Both the position numbers and the translations under genes were made by a program. Shown in pieces: positions 1 to 12,693 of a stretch of 64,000 bases of DNA; the stretch's first letter is position 1, and every line of letters starts with the position of its first letter. The notes beneath the pieces were generated by a model. It was not told the origin of the DNA. It saw nothing but the letters and a program-made list of their open reading frames with translations, and searched no databases. Source of the DNA: Felis catus (taxonomy: Eukaryota); NCBI RefSeq assembly GCF_018350175.1, contig NC_058368.1:187986001-188050000 (forward strand), read 5' to 3'.

Positions 1-480
1 GGCAATATTTATAAAAATTTGAAAATTTACTCCAAATAGTCCACTTCCAGGAGTTTATCTTACAGATGATATAGAAAATGATGAAATGTGTACAAGAATA
101 TTTACTATAGCGTTGTTTGTGATATCAAAAATTTTGAAACAACCTACATGTCCTTTGGTAGAGGACTACTTACTAGAAGAAAAAAAAGTACAATGGAATA
201 CCATGCAGTTATTAAAAAGAATGAGGTTATTGTATTTATATTGAAGTGGGAAGATCTCTAAGGTACATTATTTAGTGAAAAAAATCAAAGTGCCAAATAA
301 TATTTTTGGTATGTGATTTCCATTAAAAAGAACATACAAATATATTTTGCTATGCAGGAAATTGACAATAGCTGCCTCCAGGGATGGGTAGTAGATGGTT
401 GTGGGCCAGAGAGGTGAGAGGGACATACTTTTCACTCCACACCTTCTGAATGTGATACCTTGTGTGTGTCTCACCTACTT
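1..480 (+). mobile_element. Old L1 (L1M/L1ME-type) 3' fragment
   Basis: Degenerate L1 3' motifs such as gaaacaacctacatgtcc and tacaatggaataccatgcagttattaaaaagaatgag. Confidence 0.65.
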
Positions 481-975
481 ACATAAATGAGTTGTCATAA
501 GTGGATTGATTAAGTACATGATGATACCGCCCATTATGAAATGAAATGCAGCTTTAAAAAATGTGACAAATAAATTAAAAAAAATGAAAAGATTCAGATT
601 TATTGAAATGGAAAGAAGTCAACACTTGATGCTTAGTGATTAAAATACTAGGTGATCAAATCTGTGTGTACACACACACACACACACTCATGGAAAATTC
701 TGGAAAGTTTTATAGGAAAAATATTAAAACATGATATAGAGAGAAGGATTATGGGCGACTTTTCCTTTCTTTTTTATATCTTGCTGTTGTGCCTAAATTA
801 TTTTTTGCTATGAAGAGTGATACATTCTCACTTTGAAAAAAATACAAAACCAAAAATCAACAAGCAACTTGACAACATGTTTTTGAACTGTGGAACTAGG
901 CATGTCTGTATCCAACAGAGAAAGGGGACAAGTAATTTTTAAGTGTTCTAGAGCTGTGATCACATAATAGGATGG

Positions 976-977
<2 letters not shown>

Positions 978-1010
<33 letters not shown>
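978..1010. repeat. (CA)n microsatellite (others at about 670, 8214 followed by (CAT)n, 37279, 50659 and 52773)
   Basis: Read directly from the sequence. Confidence 0.95.
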
Positions 1011-1012
<2 letters not shown>

Positions 1013-1509
1013 CATACATGTATATATGTTTATCAAGAAAAAATATAGTAAGTATATATAAACTAAAATTAGATTAAAAATGACAAAGAACATTTTTTTC
1101 CTTTTGGACATTGATACTTTTTCTCTTAAAATCATAAAAAATTAAATAGCCCCATGGTAACTCTTGAAACTCAATTTCTATTCTATCACACTTTCTTAAT
1201 CACAAATAGAATATTTCCTCATTGTAACATGTGAGATAATACAGAGGTATATAAAAGAATTAATAATCCACTCTTCCTCCCTTCATTCTACCCCTGGAGG
1301 TGACTAGATTAATGGCTTTTAAAAATGGGATTGCAAGTTAATTCTATGAGTTAGTTTTTTTAATTTAAATATCATGAATAACTCTCCTAAATAATAGATT
1401 CGTAGACATAGATCTAACCTATTTGTTTTAATAACACTGTACATTTTATTATATTTAAAATTCCTTATTTGTGTAAAATTGAACATAATCAGGCTAAACC
1501 TAAAATACC

Positions 1510-2070
1510 ACACATTCCTTGCCCCAATGATTCCATTTCTATGAATTTATCCCAAATATGTGGGCACAGACATATATGCAAAAATATTCATTGCAACAGT
1601 GTTTGTCGTAGTAAAAGGCCAAAAATAACCTAAATGTCAATCACTGGGGGAACTGGTAAGTAAAATAGGATGCGCCCTTAAATGGGTTACTATGCAGCCA
1701 TGAAAGGAAAGCAGTAACTCTAAACACTGACATGCCCAGGACACCCTGTTGCGTACAGATCATAACCTTCCTTATCTGAGAATTTTTACAAAATGATATC
1801 ATTTGTAAAAGTAAACCGGGTAGAAACACATATCCCACACACACATACACTCAAATTTATGCACACGGACACAAATGTATGCTTATAAATAAATAGAATA
1901 TTTCTGGAAGCACACACAACCTGGGGTAATAGTGTTTGCTTCTGGGAAAACGACTGAGGGTCCAGGATAAAGTCACACCTGGGTCTGGCGAGGGCAGAAG
2001 AGTTTTGTTCATTGCTTTTTTTTTTTTCTTCTTTCTAATTTAAATGTTTATATGTTATTTTTTAGTAAAG
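1510..2070 (+). mobile_element. Old L1 (L1ME-type) 3' fragment
   Basis: attccatttct...ttcattgcaacagtgtttg...aacctaaatgtcaatca...tactatgcagccatgaaa. Confidence 0.6.
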
Positions 2071-4233
2071 AAATTAGCTAATAAAAAGTTGCTGCAAGTA
2101 GTTATGCAACATAGTTATAAAGCATGATGGCATAGTCCGTGTGCATTTAAATTGATACAGAAAAATGTCTAGAGAGCCTAACATCCTGAAGTACATCTTT
2201 ATAATATTGTGTAGCAGAGTTCTTATTCTGAGGTTAAGGGGGTGTCTGTGAACTTGGATGGGAAGAGTCACTTTTAAAATTTTTTTAAACTAACCTTTGG
2301 CCGAAAGTTAGCACTTCCTTCAGTAGGAATGTGGGCAGCAAACCATAGGAGAATTAGCAGGATTTGTCACCAATAGAAATCAGATTTGTGATATCATATT
2401 ACATTTTTTGCAGATACCGTGAACCACTTGTCACTACTTCAGAATTATAGTAGTTATTTATTTGACTTGCTGCTGGAGCTCGTTTATTTAATATGTTAAT
2501 AAAGAAGAACATTTTTTACTCCATCATAAATTTGTTTGTTTTCAGCACTATAATAACTATTTCAACATAATTGGTTTTCTTTGCATTCCTGTCTCTTATT
2601 TATGTGTCTATGGTGAGAAGGGGCTTCGCCAGATTGCCAAAAGGGGCCCAGAGAGCAAGAAAGTCCAAGAAGCATTGTGTTAAGGTAACTTCTGAAGGGC
2701 TTCGGACAAGGAGTCACAAATGGAGACTGCAAGGGTGTACTTGGGAGCAAGGAAAGGGGCCCTACCACTTTCTCTTGATGCCAGGGGGCAATTTATGGCC
2801 TGAATATATAAATTGGAGATGTAATTTTTTTGTTGTTGTGCTTCCAGTTGGTGGAACTTCCTTCCCCCCACCAGCTGCCTCCCTGGAACTCTGCCCGGCT
2901 GTGCTGGTAGTGTGAGCCCTGGGGCCCATGCCTGTGAATGACAGTAAGCCCGGCTTGCCCTTGGTCCCATTTTAACCTCCTTCTGGGGCATAGCCAGGGT
3001 GCTGAGCTCAGCCTGTAAGCAATGCACGTCAGCCTGGCAAGAAACTCTATCTTAAAGAAGAATTTCAAAAATCATGTGAAGCCAGCCCCAAATGCATCCC
3101 AGCTTCAGGGGAGCAAGGTGCTGTGAGCAGATACCCCTGGAAAAAGTTAAATGGGGCTCTGTGAGGAATGGTCCCCTTGGGTGTACTAGAACATTCTGTT
3201 TCTGAACATTTTGGCCCGAACTGTTCATTGGTGAAACCTTTATAGCACAATTTGTGTGCTCACACCAGAAGGGCGCTTGAGTGTTCAAGTAGGGCTCAGA
3301 TGGGCTGTTGGTGGGTGTGGTCAGACGTCCTGCTGACACAGGCCTGCCAGTGAGGACTGTACCTTGGGCTGACCCACGCTCTGTCACACCAGGAGTGGGG
3401 GTGATGGATAGAGTGAAGATGCCCCTCCCTCTTAGAAATTCCAGTCTTAGGAGTCCTTCAGACACACCTCACTTTCCCTCTGCCCCTCAAATCTTATCAT
3501 TTCAGCCTACCCCTTCTCTTGTCTCTGCATTCCGGAAATGTGCGTCCTTCAGATCCCATCACTTGTCTTGCGTGAGATGGATCCATTCCTTCATTTGCTA
3601 AGTTTTTAGGGTCAGCCAGCCATGGTTCCAGACCCCACCTCCGTCACTAGTGTATGTCAGCCAGATGAAGATTCAAAAATTGCAAATCAACCTTTACAGT
3701 AACTCCTGTTTCCCCACAAAAAACACACATGAGAATTTGCGTCTTTCCTCCTTAAATTGTGGCTCACTGCACTGTCATTATGCATCTTTCTCCGGATGGC
3801 TGAGGCTGTGGGTGCCGAGTCTCTCTTGTCCCCACCTCAGGCTCCTCAGTGACCAGGAGGCAAGCGCACTCTTCCTCTGGAACTTCACAGAGGGAAGTAC
3901 TTTCATCATTCAAATCAAGACACTTTTGAGAATAAGAGGGGGTTATGATAATAATAACAACCATCATCATGGTTTGGTAACAGACATAATGGGGATGGGG
4001 ACGTCTGGTCGTTCCATTATAGAGCAATGCTGCATTACACGTCAAGCAGACCCAGTGAGTCTATAGAGCATTGGCAGACTTGTGACATCTCCACTTTTTT
4101 GGGAAGTAATTTGCTATTCCAGAAATCAAAGTAGTCTTCATGGCGTGCATCAGAATGTCGTGGGCCTCACATTTATTTGTAGGGCCCTGTGTGCGTGTGT
4201 GTATGTGTGTGTGTACATACGCATGTATGTGTG

Positions 4234-4448
4234 TTTTTTTTTATGTTTATTTTTTATTTATATTTGAGAGAGACAGAGCACAAGCAGGGGAGGGGCAGAG
4301 AGACAGAGACAGAATCTGAAGCAGGTTCCAAGTTCCGAGCTGCGAGCTGTCAGCACAGAGTCCGACACGGGGCTCGAACTCACCAGCAGTGAGATCATGA
4401 CCTGAGTTGAAGTTGGATGTTTAACCGATGGAACCACCCAGGTGCCCC
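4234..4448 (-). mobile_element. Can-SINE (felid type)
   Basis: Reverse-complement head GGGGCACCTGGGTGG, CT-rich region and AT-rich tail. Flanked by tgtatgtgt repeats. Confidence 0.92.
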
Positions 4449-5020
4449 TGTATGTGTTTTAATTTAGAATTACAGATGGAGGTGAGAGCAGCATTCATTT
4501 CACATCACCTCAGGCCTCTCTAAGGTCTTACTCTGGCCCTGCTATAAAGTCACCAGAATCGTCTCCTCCTCCCCTGCTTCTGCGGGGACTGATGCTGACC
4601 ATATCTCTCCAAGAAGTGAGAGGAACATGACAAGGGCTAGTAAGGTGAAGGGAATTGGGGGCCGATTGGCAATAGGCAGGTCTCCCCCTGAGGTGGGTGG
4701 AGTAATAACCTTTTAATAAAGGATGAAGATACTGTCCAATTTTCAAGCTCCTGTCTGTGTCCACTCTAGCCTTCACATATCCAATCTTTCCCCATTGACC
4801 CCAGCACCAGGCCCATACTGGTATTTTGGTTTTACAAGAGCAGTCACTACAATCTCCTTTCAATGTGCCTGTAATAGTTTCTAGGAATGAGATAAGTCAC
4901 TTAACCCCTTTAGGCCCATTTCCTTATTTATAAAATGGGCAAAACCCTAATACCTGTCTGACGGGAAAATGGTGGATCAAGTCTAGAAAGCACTGTGTGA
5001 ATCATGGCTGCAATCACTAT

Positions 5021-5269
5021 TTTATTTTATTTTATTTTATTTTATTTTATTTTTTAAATTTTAATGTTTATTTTGATTTTTGAGACAGAAAGAGATAGAG
5101 CATGAGTAGGGGTAGGGCAGAGAGAGAGAGGGAGACACAGAATCTGAAGCAGGCTCCAGGCTCCAAGCTGTCAGCACAGAGCCCGACGTGGGGCTCGAAC
5201 CCACAGACCATGAGATCATGACCTGAGCCAAAGCCGGACGCCCAACCGACTGAGCCACCCAGGTGCCCC
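5021..5269 (-). mobile_element. Can-SINE (felid type) with TSD
   Basis: Full SINE with (ATTTT)n tail. TSD tgcaatcactatttt (5009) / tgcaatcgctatttt (5270). Confidence 0.95.
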
Positions 5270-5663
5270 TGCAATCGCTATTTTACAGAGTCTACTAGGT
5301 ACCTGTCTTTAGGTATGGAGGATGAGATGCGTCAGACCTGGACCCTGTCCTCCAGGGGTTTGTAGCCTATAGCACTGCCAAAGATGTGCACATCAGTGCT
5401 GATCCCCATGGACAGATGTGGCAGGCATCATAAACGAGGGAGGGAGGGAGGGAGGGAGGGAGGGAGGGAGAGATCACTGCCAGGAAAGGCATGGGGACCA
5501 AGAAAGATTCTGTGAGAGGTGTCCACAGAACTAGGGTTTGGGTGGGCAGGATTTGGATATTCAGAGGGTATGGGAAGAGCATTTCTAGTAGAGGGAAACA
5601 GTCTGAGCAAATGCACAGGAGGAGGAAGATGCAAGGTGTTTTTGGGAAATGACAACTAATTCT

Positions 5664-5864
5664 TTTTATAAAAAAATTTTTTTATGTTTTATTTACTTTT
5701 GAGAGAGAGAGAGAGAGAGCAGGGAAGGGCAGAGAGAGGGAGTCATAGCATCCAAAGCAGGCTCCAGGCTCTGAGCTGTCAGCACAGAGCCCGATGCGGG
5801 GCTTGAACTCACAGACCGCGAGATCATGACCTGAGCCAAAGTCGGACGCTTAGCTGACTGAGCC
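5664..5864 (-). mobile_element. Can-SINE, slightly 5'-truncated, with TSD
   Basis: Head starts at GGCTCAG. TSD tgggaaatgacaactaattct (5643) / tgggaaatggcaacttattct (5865). Confidence 0.93.
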
Positions 5865-6689
5865 TGGGAAATGGCAACTTATTCTATCTGAGTTATAGGA
5901 CTCTCCTAATTCTCCTGCTAAACTCATAGTGCCGCTATCTACTCATTCACTTAGCTTTGTGAGCACATGTGTTAGGCGGAGAGGAAAGATGTGGTCACTG
6001 CTTACTCTTGTGTACAGTTTGTAGAGGAGAGAGAAGTCGATCAGTCACCAGGTTGCTAGGGAGAGCCATGCCTGCGGTGCTTGGGGTGGATGAACAGCAC
6101 TTGCTTAGCCTCAGAGGTCCTCTCTTTATGGGACTCTTCAAGGCCCTGGGAGACACCCCAGGAATTTTCCTTATATTGTACGATTTTGTAAAGTTTTCAA
6201 AAGTAAGATCTATTAACTGCAATTGATTAGGACTGCTGTCTGTTTCTGCTTTCACTTCCCTCTATCATATTTCCCCTTGCACGGGGAGGCCATGGAGTAT
6301 AGGGGCCATGAGAATTTTGGGGAGCTACTTAGCAACCTATTCATTTGGGTTGAATGTATATAGTGAATAAATATATGTGGCTTGCAGACTTTTTTTTCTG
6401 GATAGCTTGGTCATCACTAGCCACTTACTGCAAGGTGGAAAAACAGCTCCTAGAAATACTCTCTTGTTCACGATGCTGACTCACCTGGATATGTGACATC
6501 AAGAGGTAGGGCCAGAGTCTGAGCCATGATATGAGAAGTCCTACAGTGTGGGACCTCATGTATGTGGGTGGCAGAGGCGAATCACGTTCTGAAATATATC
6601 CAAGCCAGAAACTAAACTATGAAAGAAAATCTTCCAAATTTTGTTTTCCCCAATTTGATAAAAATCTTAAAAAAGTATGTGAAATTACT

Positions 6690-7114
6690 GGGCTGTCTGG
6701 TGGCTCAGTCAGTTGAGCATCCGACTCTTGATTTTGGCTCAAGTCATGATCTCAGGGTTGTGGGATTGGGTCCTGTGTCAGGCTCCTCACTGAGTCTGGA
6801 GCTTGCTTAAGATTCTCTCTTTCTGGGGCAACTGGGTGGCTCAGTCAGTTAAGCGTCTGACTTTGGCTCAGGTCATGAACTCGCATTTCATGAATTTGAC
6901 CCCTGTGTTGGGCTCTGTGCTGACAGATCAGAACCTGGAGCCTGCTTTGGATTCTGTGTCTCCCTCTCTCTCTGCCCCTCCCCTGCTCATGCTCTGTCTC
7001 TCTCTCTCAAAAATAAATTAAGATTGAAAAAAAAGATTCTTTCTCTGTCCCTCTTCCCAGCTTGTGCTCTCTCTCTCTCTCTCAAAAAAAAAAAAAAAAA
7101 AAAAAGAAAGAAAG
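6690..7114 (+). mobile_element. Older Can-SINE interrupted by a second Can-SINE (6825-7032)
   Basis: Two heads at 6690 and 6825. Outer TSD aaaaagtatgtgaaatta, inner TSD beginning aagattct (6809 / 7033). Confidence 0.92.
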
Positions 7115-7419
7115 AAAAAGTATGTGAAATTATCAGTCATAAGCTGTGAGACTGCACAATGTCTGAAGTACCCATAATAAAAGAGAAATTTTGACACCTT
7201 GCTAGGGGAAAGACCCAATTATTTTTAGATTTCTTTACTTTTCTCTCTAGGACACGATGCCTCTCAGTTGCTGAATGATAGGCAGCTACTTGCTTCCTTT
7301 CCTCCTTCTCTGAATAGACTTTGGTTTCCCCAACTCCTTTGTGAGGTTCCATAGATCAAAGCTCGGAGCTCCACACTTAGGGTACCCCCGTGATAACTCC
7401 TTAGCATTATCTGATTGCC

Positions 7420-7650
7420 TCCTTGTGAATCCAGGTTCCATCCCTCATCAGCTGCGTGGCCTGAGGCAAATCACTCAACTTCTCTGGCCTTCAGTTTCCC
7501 TATCTGTAAAATGGGGACAAAGCAGTGCTCACTTTGTAAGCCTTTGGAGAGGAGTCCATTAGAGAACGCACAGAAGTACCCCTAGCCCAGTGTAGCTCAG
7601 GGAGTGTGGCACATGCCAAGATCCAATAAATGGGATGTATTAGTAGTATT
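7420..7650 (+). mobile_element. MIR (one example; further MIR-like cores near 8510, 10410, 13130, 18690, 21090, 24390, 25470, 46290, 47200, 53710, 54570 and 63160)
   Basis: Core motif ctctggccttcagtttccctatctgtaaaatgggg. Confidence 0.7.
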
Positions 7651-8209
7651 ATTATCAGACATGGTCTGGAGCACAGTGACTGTGGAAACATCCTGGAGAT
7701 ATCAGAGAAAGCAATTTCCCAGTGGGCCCAGCTGCCATCAGTTATTTTTATGAGCCACACACACACTCAGGTAAAGGCATTTCCTGCATTACAGACCTGA
7801 ATAGGCCCAGCTGTGATGGCAATGCAGCTACATGTGCACCTGCTGGCATTTCTGTGGCCTGTTTTGCCCCAGCAGGATTCCGTGCCTCCACAAATGGCCT
7901 GCCATCCTGTAGTTACCTGATAAGCATGACCCTTCACACATAATTCTTCCCCCCTGCCTGCCCTTCTGCCAGTCCTTTGAATGCCACTGCAAAGGTGAGG
8001 CTAACTCATTATCTACCCCCTCCTTCCCTTCTGCCCTCCTTCCCTCCTTTACTGCTTGATTTCTCCCACAAATACGTCTTGTGTCTAACCACCATGGTAT
8101 CTTCCGTGATTCCAAGACTTTAGGACCCTCACAGTAAAATTTCAAAAAAATTTTTGGTGGGGACAGACGTAGGGCTACCAACTTGTTATTTTGCCAAGTA
8201 GGTCATTAA

Positions 8210-8245
<36 letters not shown>

Positions 8246-9299
8246 CATCATCATCATCATCACTACTTACTACCATCATTCCATCAAAGAAATGCTATTT
8301 CAGTGTCCCAAAATAGAAAGGACATAGTCTTTAGAAAAAAAGGACAGTCATTTATTTTGAATACATTTGGAAAAACACAGAATTTTTTTAATTTTTTTCT
8401 CATCTTGTCATGAGCCAGTAAAAATTTTATACCCTTCGGCACCAGACCCCAGACAAATGTTCAGGAAGCACTGTAGTAACAACAGGGATAATATAATAAA
8501 TGCTTATTGAGTGCCAAATGTGGAGTCTGATAGACTCTACCATTTACTAGCTGTGTGACCTTGGGCAAATTACCAAACCCCTCTGAACTCTTGTTCCCTA
8601 ACCTATAAACACAGGGATGATGATGCTTGCTCTGCAGAGGGGTTTGTGAGAATTATGAACAACACAGAGCATTCAGTGTTGGGCAGTGTACCCAATACGT
8701 TGAAGAGCTGCTTCTACAGTGCTGATTCTCTTCCTCTTTTCCAGGGAGACTCTAGTTTAAAGAATTCACTTTCCTTCTCATCAGCCTTCTGCCTTTCTCC
8801 ATGTGGACTAGCCCAAGGGACTGGGCAGGATTGGAGATGCTTCTGACTGCACTGGGGGAAGCATAACCAAATTTTCCTGGCTCTTCACAGGGTGTTCATT
8901 CCAGGGGTTCCCAGGCATGGGTTGGGGGGAACTGGTGCTATGTTGGCTGCATAGAAATCACCTGGGAACTTGTTAAAAATTGAAATTCTCTGCCCCATCA
9001 TGAGAAATTCTGATACAACAGATCTGTGGTGGAGCTCAAGCATCTAGGCTTTCGGAAAGAGCCCCCGTCAGATGTTTCTGATGAATAGTTGGTTAGCTGT
9101 TGGTCACAGCTCCCTGCTTTTGGGTTGGGACATTTTGTCTACTCAATACATAAGAGTGTCTGGTAGATCACACCCAGCATGCTGTCCTATGAACCTTGAT
9201 GAATGGCGTCTGAGGAAGATCCTAGGAGGAATCCCCTTGACGGTGTTTTGCTGGCATCTCAACAAATGATAACCTCCATCACCCAGAAACATCAGAGAT

Positions 9300-10050
9300 A
9301 TTCTAGACATACTTCTTGTTCTCACTAACCTCCTAAATCATATAACAACCCATCCCCAAGTCCTTGAATCTGTCCATTTCTCTCCACCTTCACTGCCCCC
9401 AGCCTGGTCTAAATTACCATCAGCTCTCACTGGGATTGTGGCCTCCTACCTGCCCCACCTCTCATTTGTGCTCCATACGGAGGCCTGAGTCATCTTTTCA
9501 AGACATAACTCAGATGGTATCTCTTGTCTGCTTCAAACCCTTCAGTAGTGGCCTTAAGATAAAATCTAAAGTCCTTGATGTGGCCTGAAATCCCTGCGTG
9601 GCCTGCCCTCTGCCCATACCTCCAGCCCTGACTTGTACCTGGTCCCCCTACTCTCTAAGCTTGCTATTTCCCCACCATTTCCTGCCTTAGGACTCTTGGA
9701 CATGCTCTTCCTTCTGCCCGGACCCTCTTCTTCTATCTGCTGCCTGTACTGAGTTAGCTCCTCCACACTTTTCAGGTTCTGCCTAAATGTCACTCAGGGA
9801 CCCCTGTGATATGCTGACTCCTATTATTTACTTCTAATAGCATCTCATCCCTTTACTTTAAGTCACTTGTTGCAATTTGTGTTGTGTTGTTTGCGTGCAT
9901 GTGTTTTTCAAATGGTCTGCGTTCCCCTGTAGAACTAAATTCTATGAGAACACGGAACATAGCTGTTTTGCTCACCACTGTACCTCCAGCACAATATACA
10001 GTAGACATCCAATAAATATATACTTATTCAGCAAACGAATGAATGACTAA
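9300..10050 (+). mobile_element. L2 3' portion
   Basis: Typical L2 motifs (tctccaccttcactgcc, ttttgctcaccactgtacctccagcac) ending in gaatgaatga. Confidence 0.65.
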
Positions 10051-12505
10051 AGACATAGAGCTAGATTCTCAGATAAAGGGCAAGGTCCCACATTTTCCTC
10101 TGGCTGGAGCGATGGACGGTCCAGCGTTGGGAGACCAACATCCTACGCGGTGCAGTAGGTACGGAGCAAATCTAGCCCTGAGCTAGGGTGTGGATGCCCT
10201 TCCCTAACATTTTCTGGGTGTCTTTTTTGCAGAGGCGAGTGGGGAGTGGAAGAAAGGCAGGGTTTTGTAACAGAAGTATAATACCCAGCTTTTGACATGG
10301 CAGCTCTGGAGTTTTAGAGCACATTTGCCATGAGAGCAGATTTGGACTGGGAAGCAAGAAGGCCAGATATCTCCTAGGTGCAGTGGAACAGGTATGTGCC
10401 TGTCCTGACAGACCGGGATTCACCCCTTGGCTCTATTGTTTACTTGCTATATGACCTGGGGCAAGAAGGCTAACCTCTCTGAGCTCAGCTCCAGCTCTGA
10501 GCTCCTCCCGCCTATTCATCTGTAGAGAGGGAGCAATTACTCTCCCCTGTCAGGGTAGCTGCGCGGATTAATGAGATAATGTCTGTAGAGGGCCTAGCAG
10601 AATGTCTGGCATATAGTACATGCTTCATAAAAATAAGATCTCACGAGGTGGTAAACATCCTGCAGGCAGGGGCCATGTAGCACAGAGTAGATGCATTAGG
10701 AAGTCTTTATTGATGATTTCATAAATGGTTGAATGTATTTTCCTTTTCCAGAAAGGATTCCCTGCGTGTAAAAATTTCTCCCTCACTTAAACCAATTGCT
10801 TTCTTTGTGAGCAACTCAAATCCCTGTGTTTTGAAACCTCAGAGCTGGAGGGTTAGTGTGTATATTTGTGGCGGTGGCCCCGTCCTGAGTCATCTCTGAG
10901 ACCCTCACCCTCCCCAGTGTTTTTGTGGGAGGCAGGAATTCATCAGCCCCAATTTGAATGAGAGGAGTACAGAAACAAATCAGTGCAGAGAGATTCCTAT
11001 TTGGTCCCAGTACTATGAGAACACAACTGTTTCTTTGAAATTGACCTTCATTTATTTGGAGGGGAAAGCAGTTAGTTCAATAATGGCTTCCTGGTGCCTT
11101 TCAGCATTTTAAAAGACGGAAGAAAGATTTGGAGCGAGGCAAGGTTCCAGTGTTTTCTAAACAACGCACTAAGCCCAGCTACCAGTTGGCTGCCCAGTAC
11201 TTCCTGCTTGCCTCCCCCCCCCGCCCCCCAATGTATCCCCACAAGGCAATGCACATCCCTCAGTAGCCCAGCCACTTCTCAAGACCCTGGCCAGGTCTTC
11301 CCTAGGTAGGTGGGAGCTAGCCTTCATTATAATGCCTGGGAGCCAAAGATTCCTTGGACATCTTGCACATGGCCTACTGCGTAGAAATGCTACTATATTA
11401 TATTCCAATTATTTCCTGTCCCTCCAAGGCCCGATTCCAGGGCCTGAATAAAGAGGTCCTTGTCTGGTGGCGTCCATCTCTGCTCCCTAGTAAGGAAAAG
11501 CTGGTCCCTGGCCCAAGTTGGCCTGAGGCCACAGGGGAAGGGTGGGGAAGAGGTAGGGAGGGTGTTACAGGTGGGGAGAACTCCACAGGAGACGAGAGAC
11601 CCAGCCCTGCGGGCAGCCCAGTCCTGCTCCCAAAAATAAAAATAAGTGAGGAAGGAAAACAAATGGGGCCCCTGACCAGGACCCTGCAGAGGGCATGACT
11701 ATTTTCCCTCCTTCCCAGGAGGGATCCCAACCCTTCTCTCCCACAGAGAAGACAAACACAGCTATGGAAATCTCATGCCATCCAGGCACCTGGAAGTCTG
11801 TTGCTAATTGCAAGTTACTCCTACCTGCACTTCTCTGTTTGCCAATGATTGTCTTCCCCTAGATCTGCTTTCTCTCCTTGTGAGCGAAAAGCATTTCATG
11901 GAAAATTTCGAATTTGGAACCTTCTTCAGATTCCAAAAGAGTTATTGTTCTACATCATGCTTATTTTGTTTGGGTGTTATTTGAACTCAGGGAAAGTAGA
12001 AACCCACATCTTCATGTTGCTGGGATGCTCTTCTTAAATTATTAAAAACATGCTGATAAAGCACCTTTTCTGTTTGAAGCTCTTGAGTACTTTTCAGAGT
12101 CCATCCCAACCAAGGCCTGGAGTCCATATTTCTTACCTGCCAAGGGTTGGGCAGCCAGGGGAGAGGAGGTGGGTGAAGTAGCTTAGGGACCGCACACCAG
12201 GAGATCTCCGGGAGATAGTGGCAGGGATGTGCAGAAAGGTTTCATGGCAAGGAGAGGAGAAACAAGCTCTGAGGGCAAGCCATGGAATCCAGGGTTAAGG
12301 CCTCAGAAGGTCATAAACAGAAAGGGAGGAAAGGTGGAGATAGTGTGAATGACATGAAACCGAGGATGAGTTTGAAGAGCAGGACCCACAGAGAAGTCAC
12401 ATCATCCTGCACCACCACGTGTCTGGGGAAGGGCTAAGCTTTGTCGCGTTTAAACCTTGGTGTCTAGGATGCTGGAGCCTGAAGGGAACTGATTGATCCC
12501 CTGGC

Positions 12506-12693
12506 CAGCGATTCTCAAAGCCTGGTCTGTTGACCGCCTCTTCAGAATCACCTGGTGGGCTGGTTAAACATGAGGATTCCCGAGACCTATCTGATGTACT
12601 GAATCAAATTCTCTGTGGGTTATATCTAAGAAGCTGAATGCTTATCAAGTTCCACAGATGATTGTGATCTTTATTAAAGTTTGAGAGCCCTTG
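12506..12693. mobile_element. MER5A-like hAT-Charlie MITE
   Basis: Ends cagcgattctcaaag and aaagtttgagagcccttg, with internal cagaatcacctgg and tactgaatcaaattctct. Confidence 0.7.
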
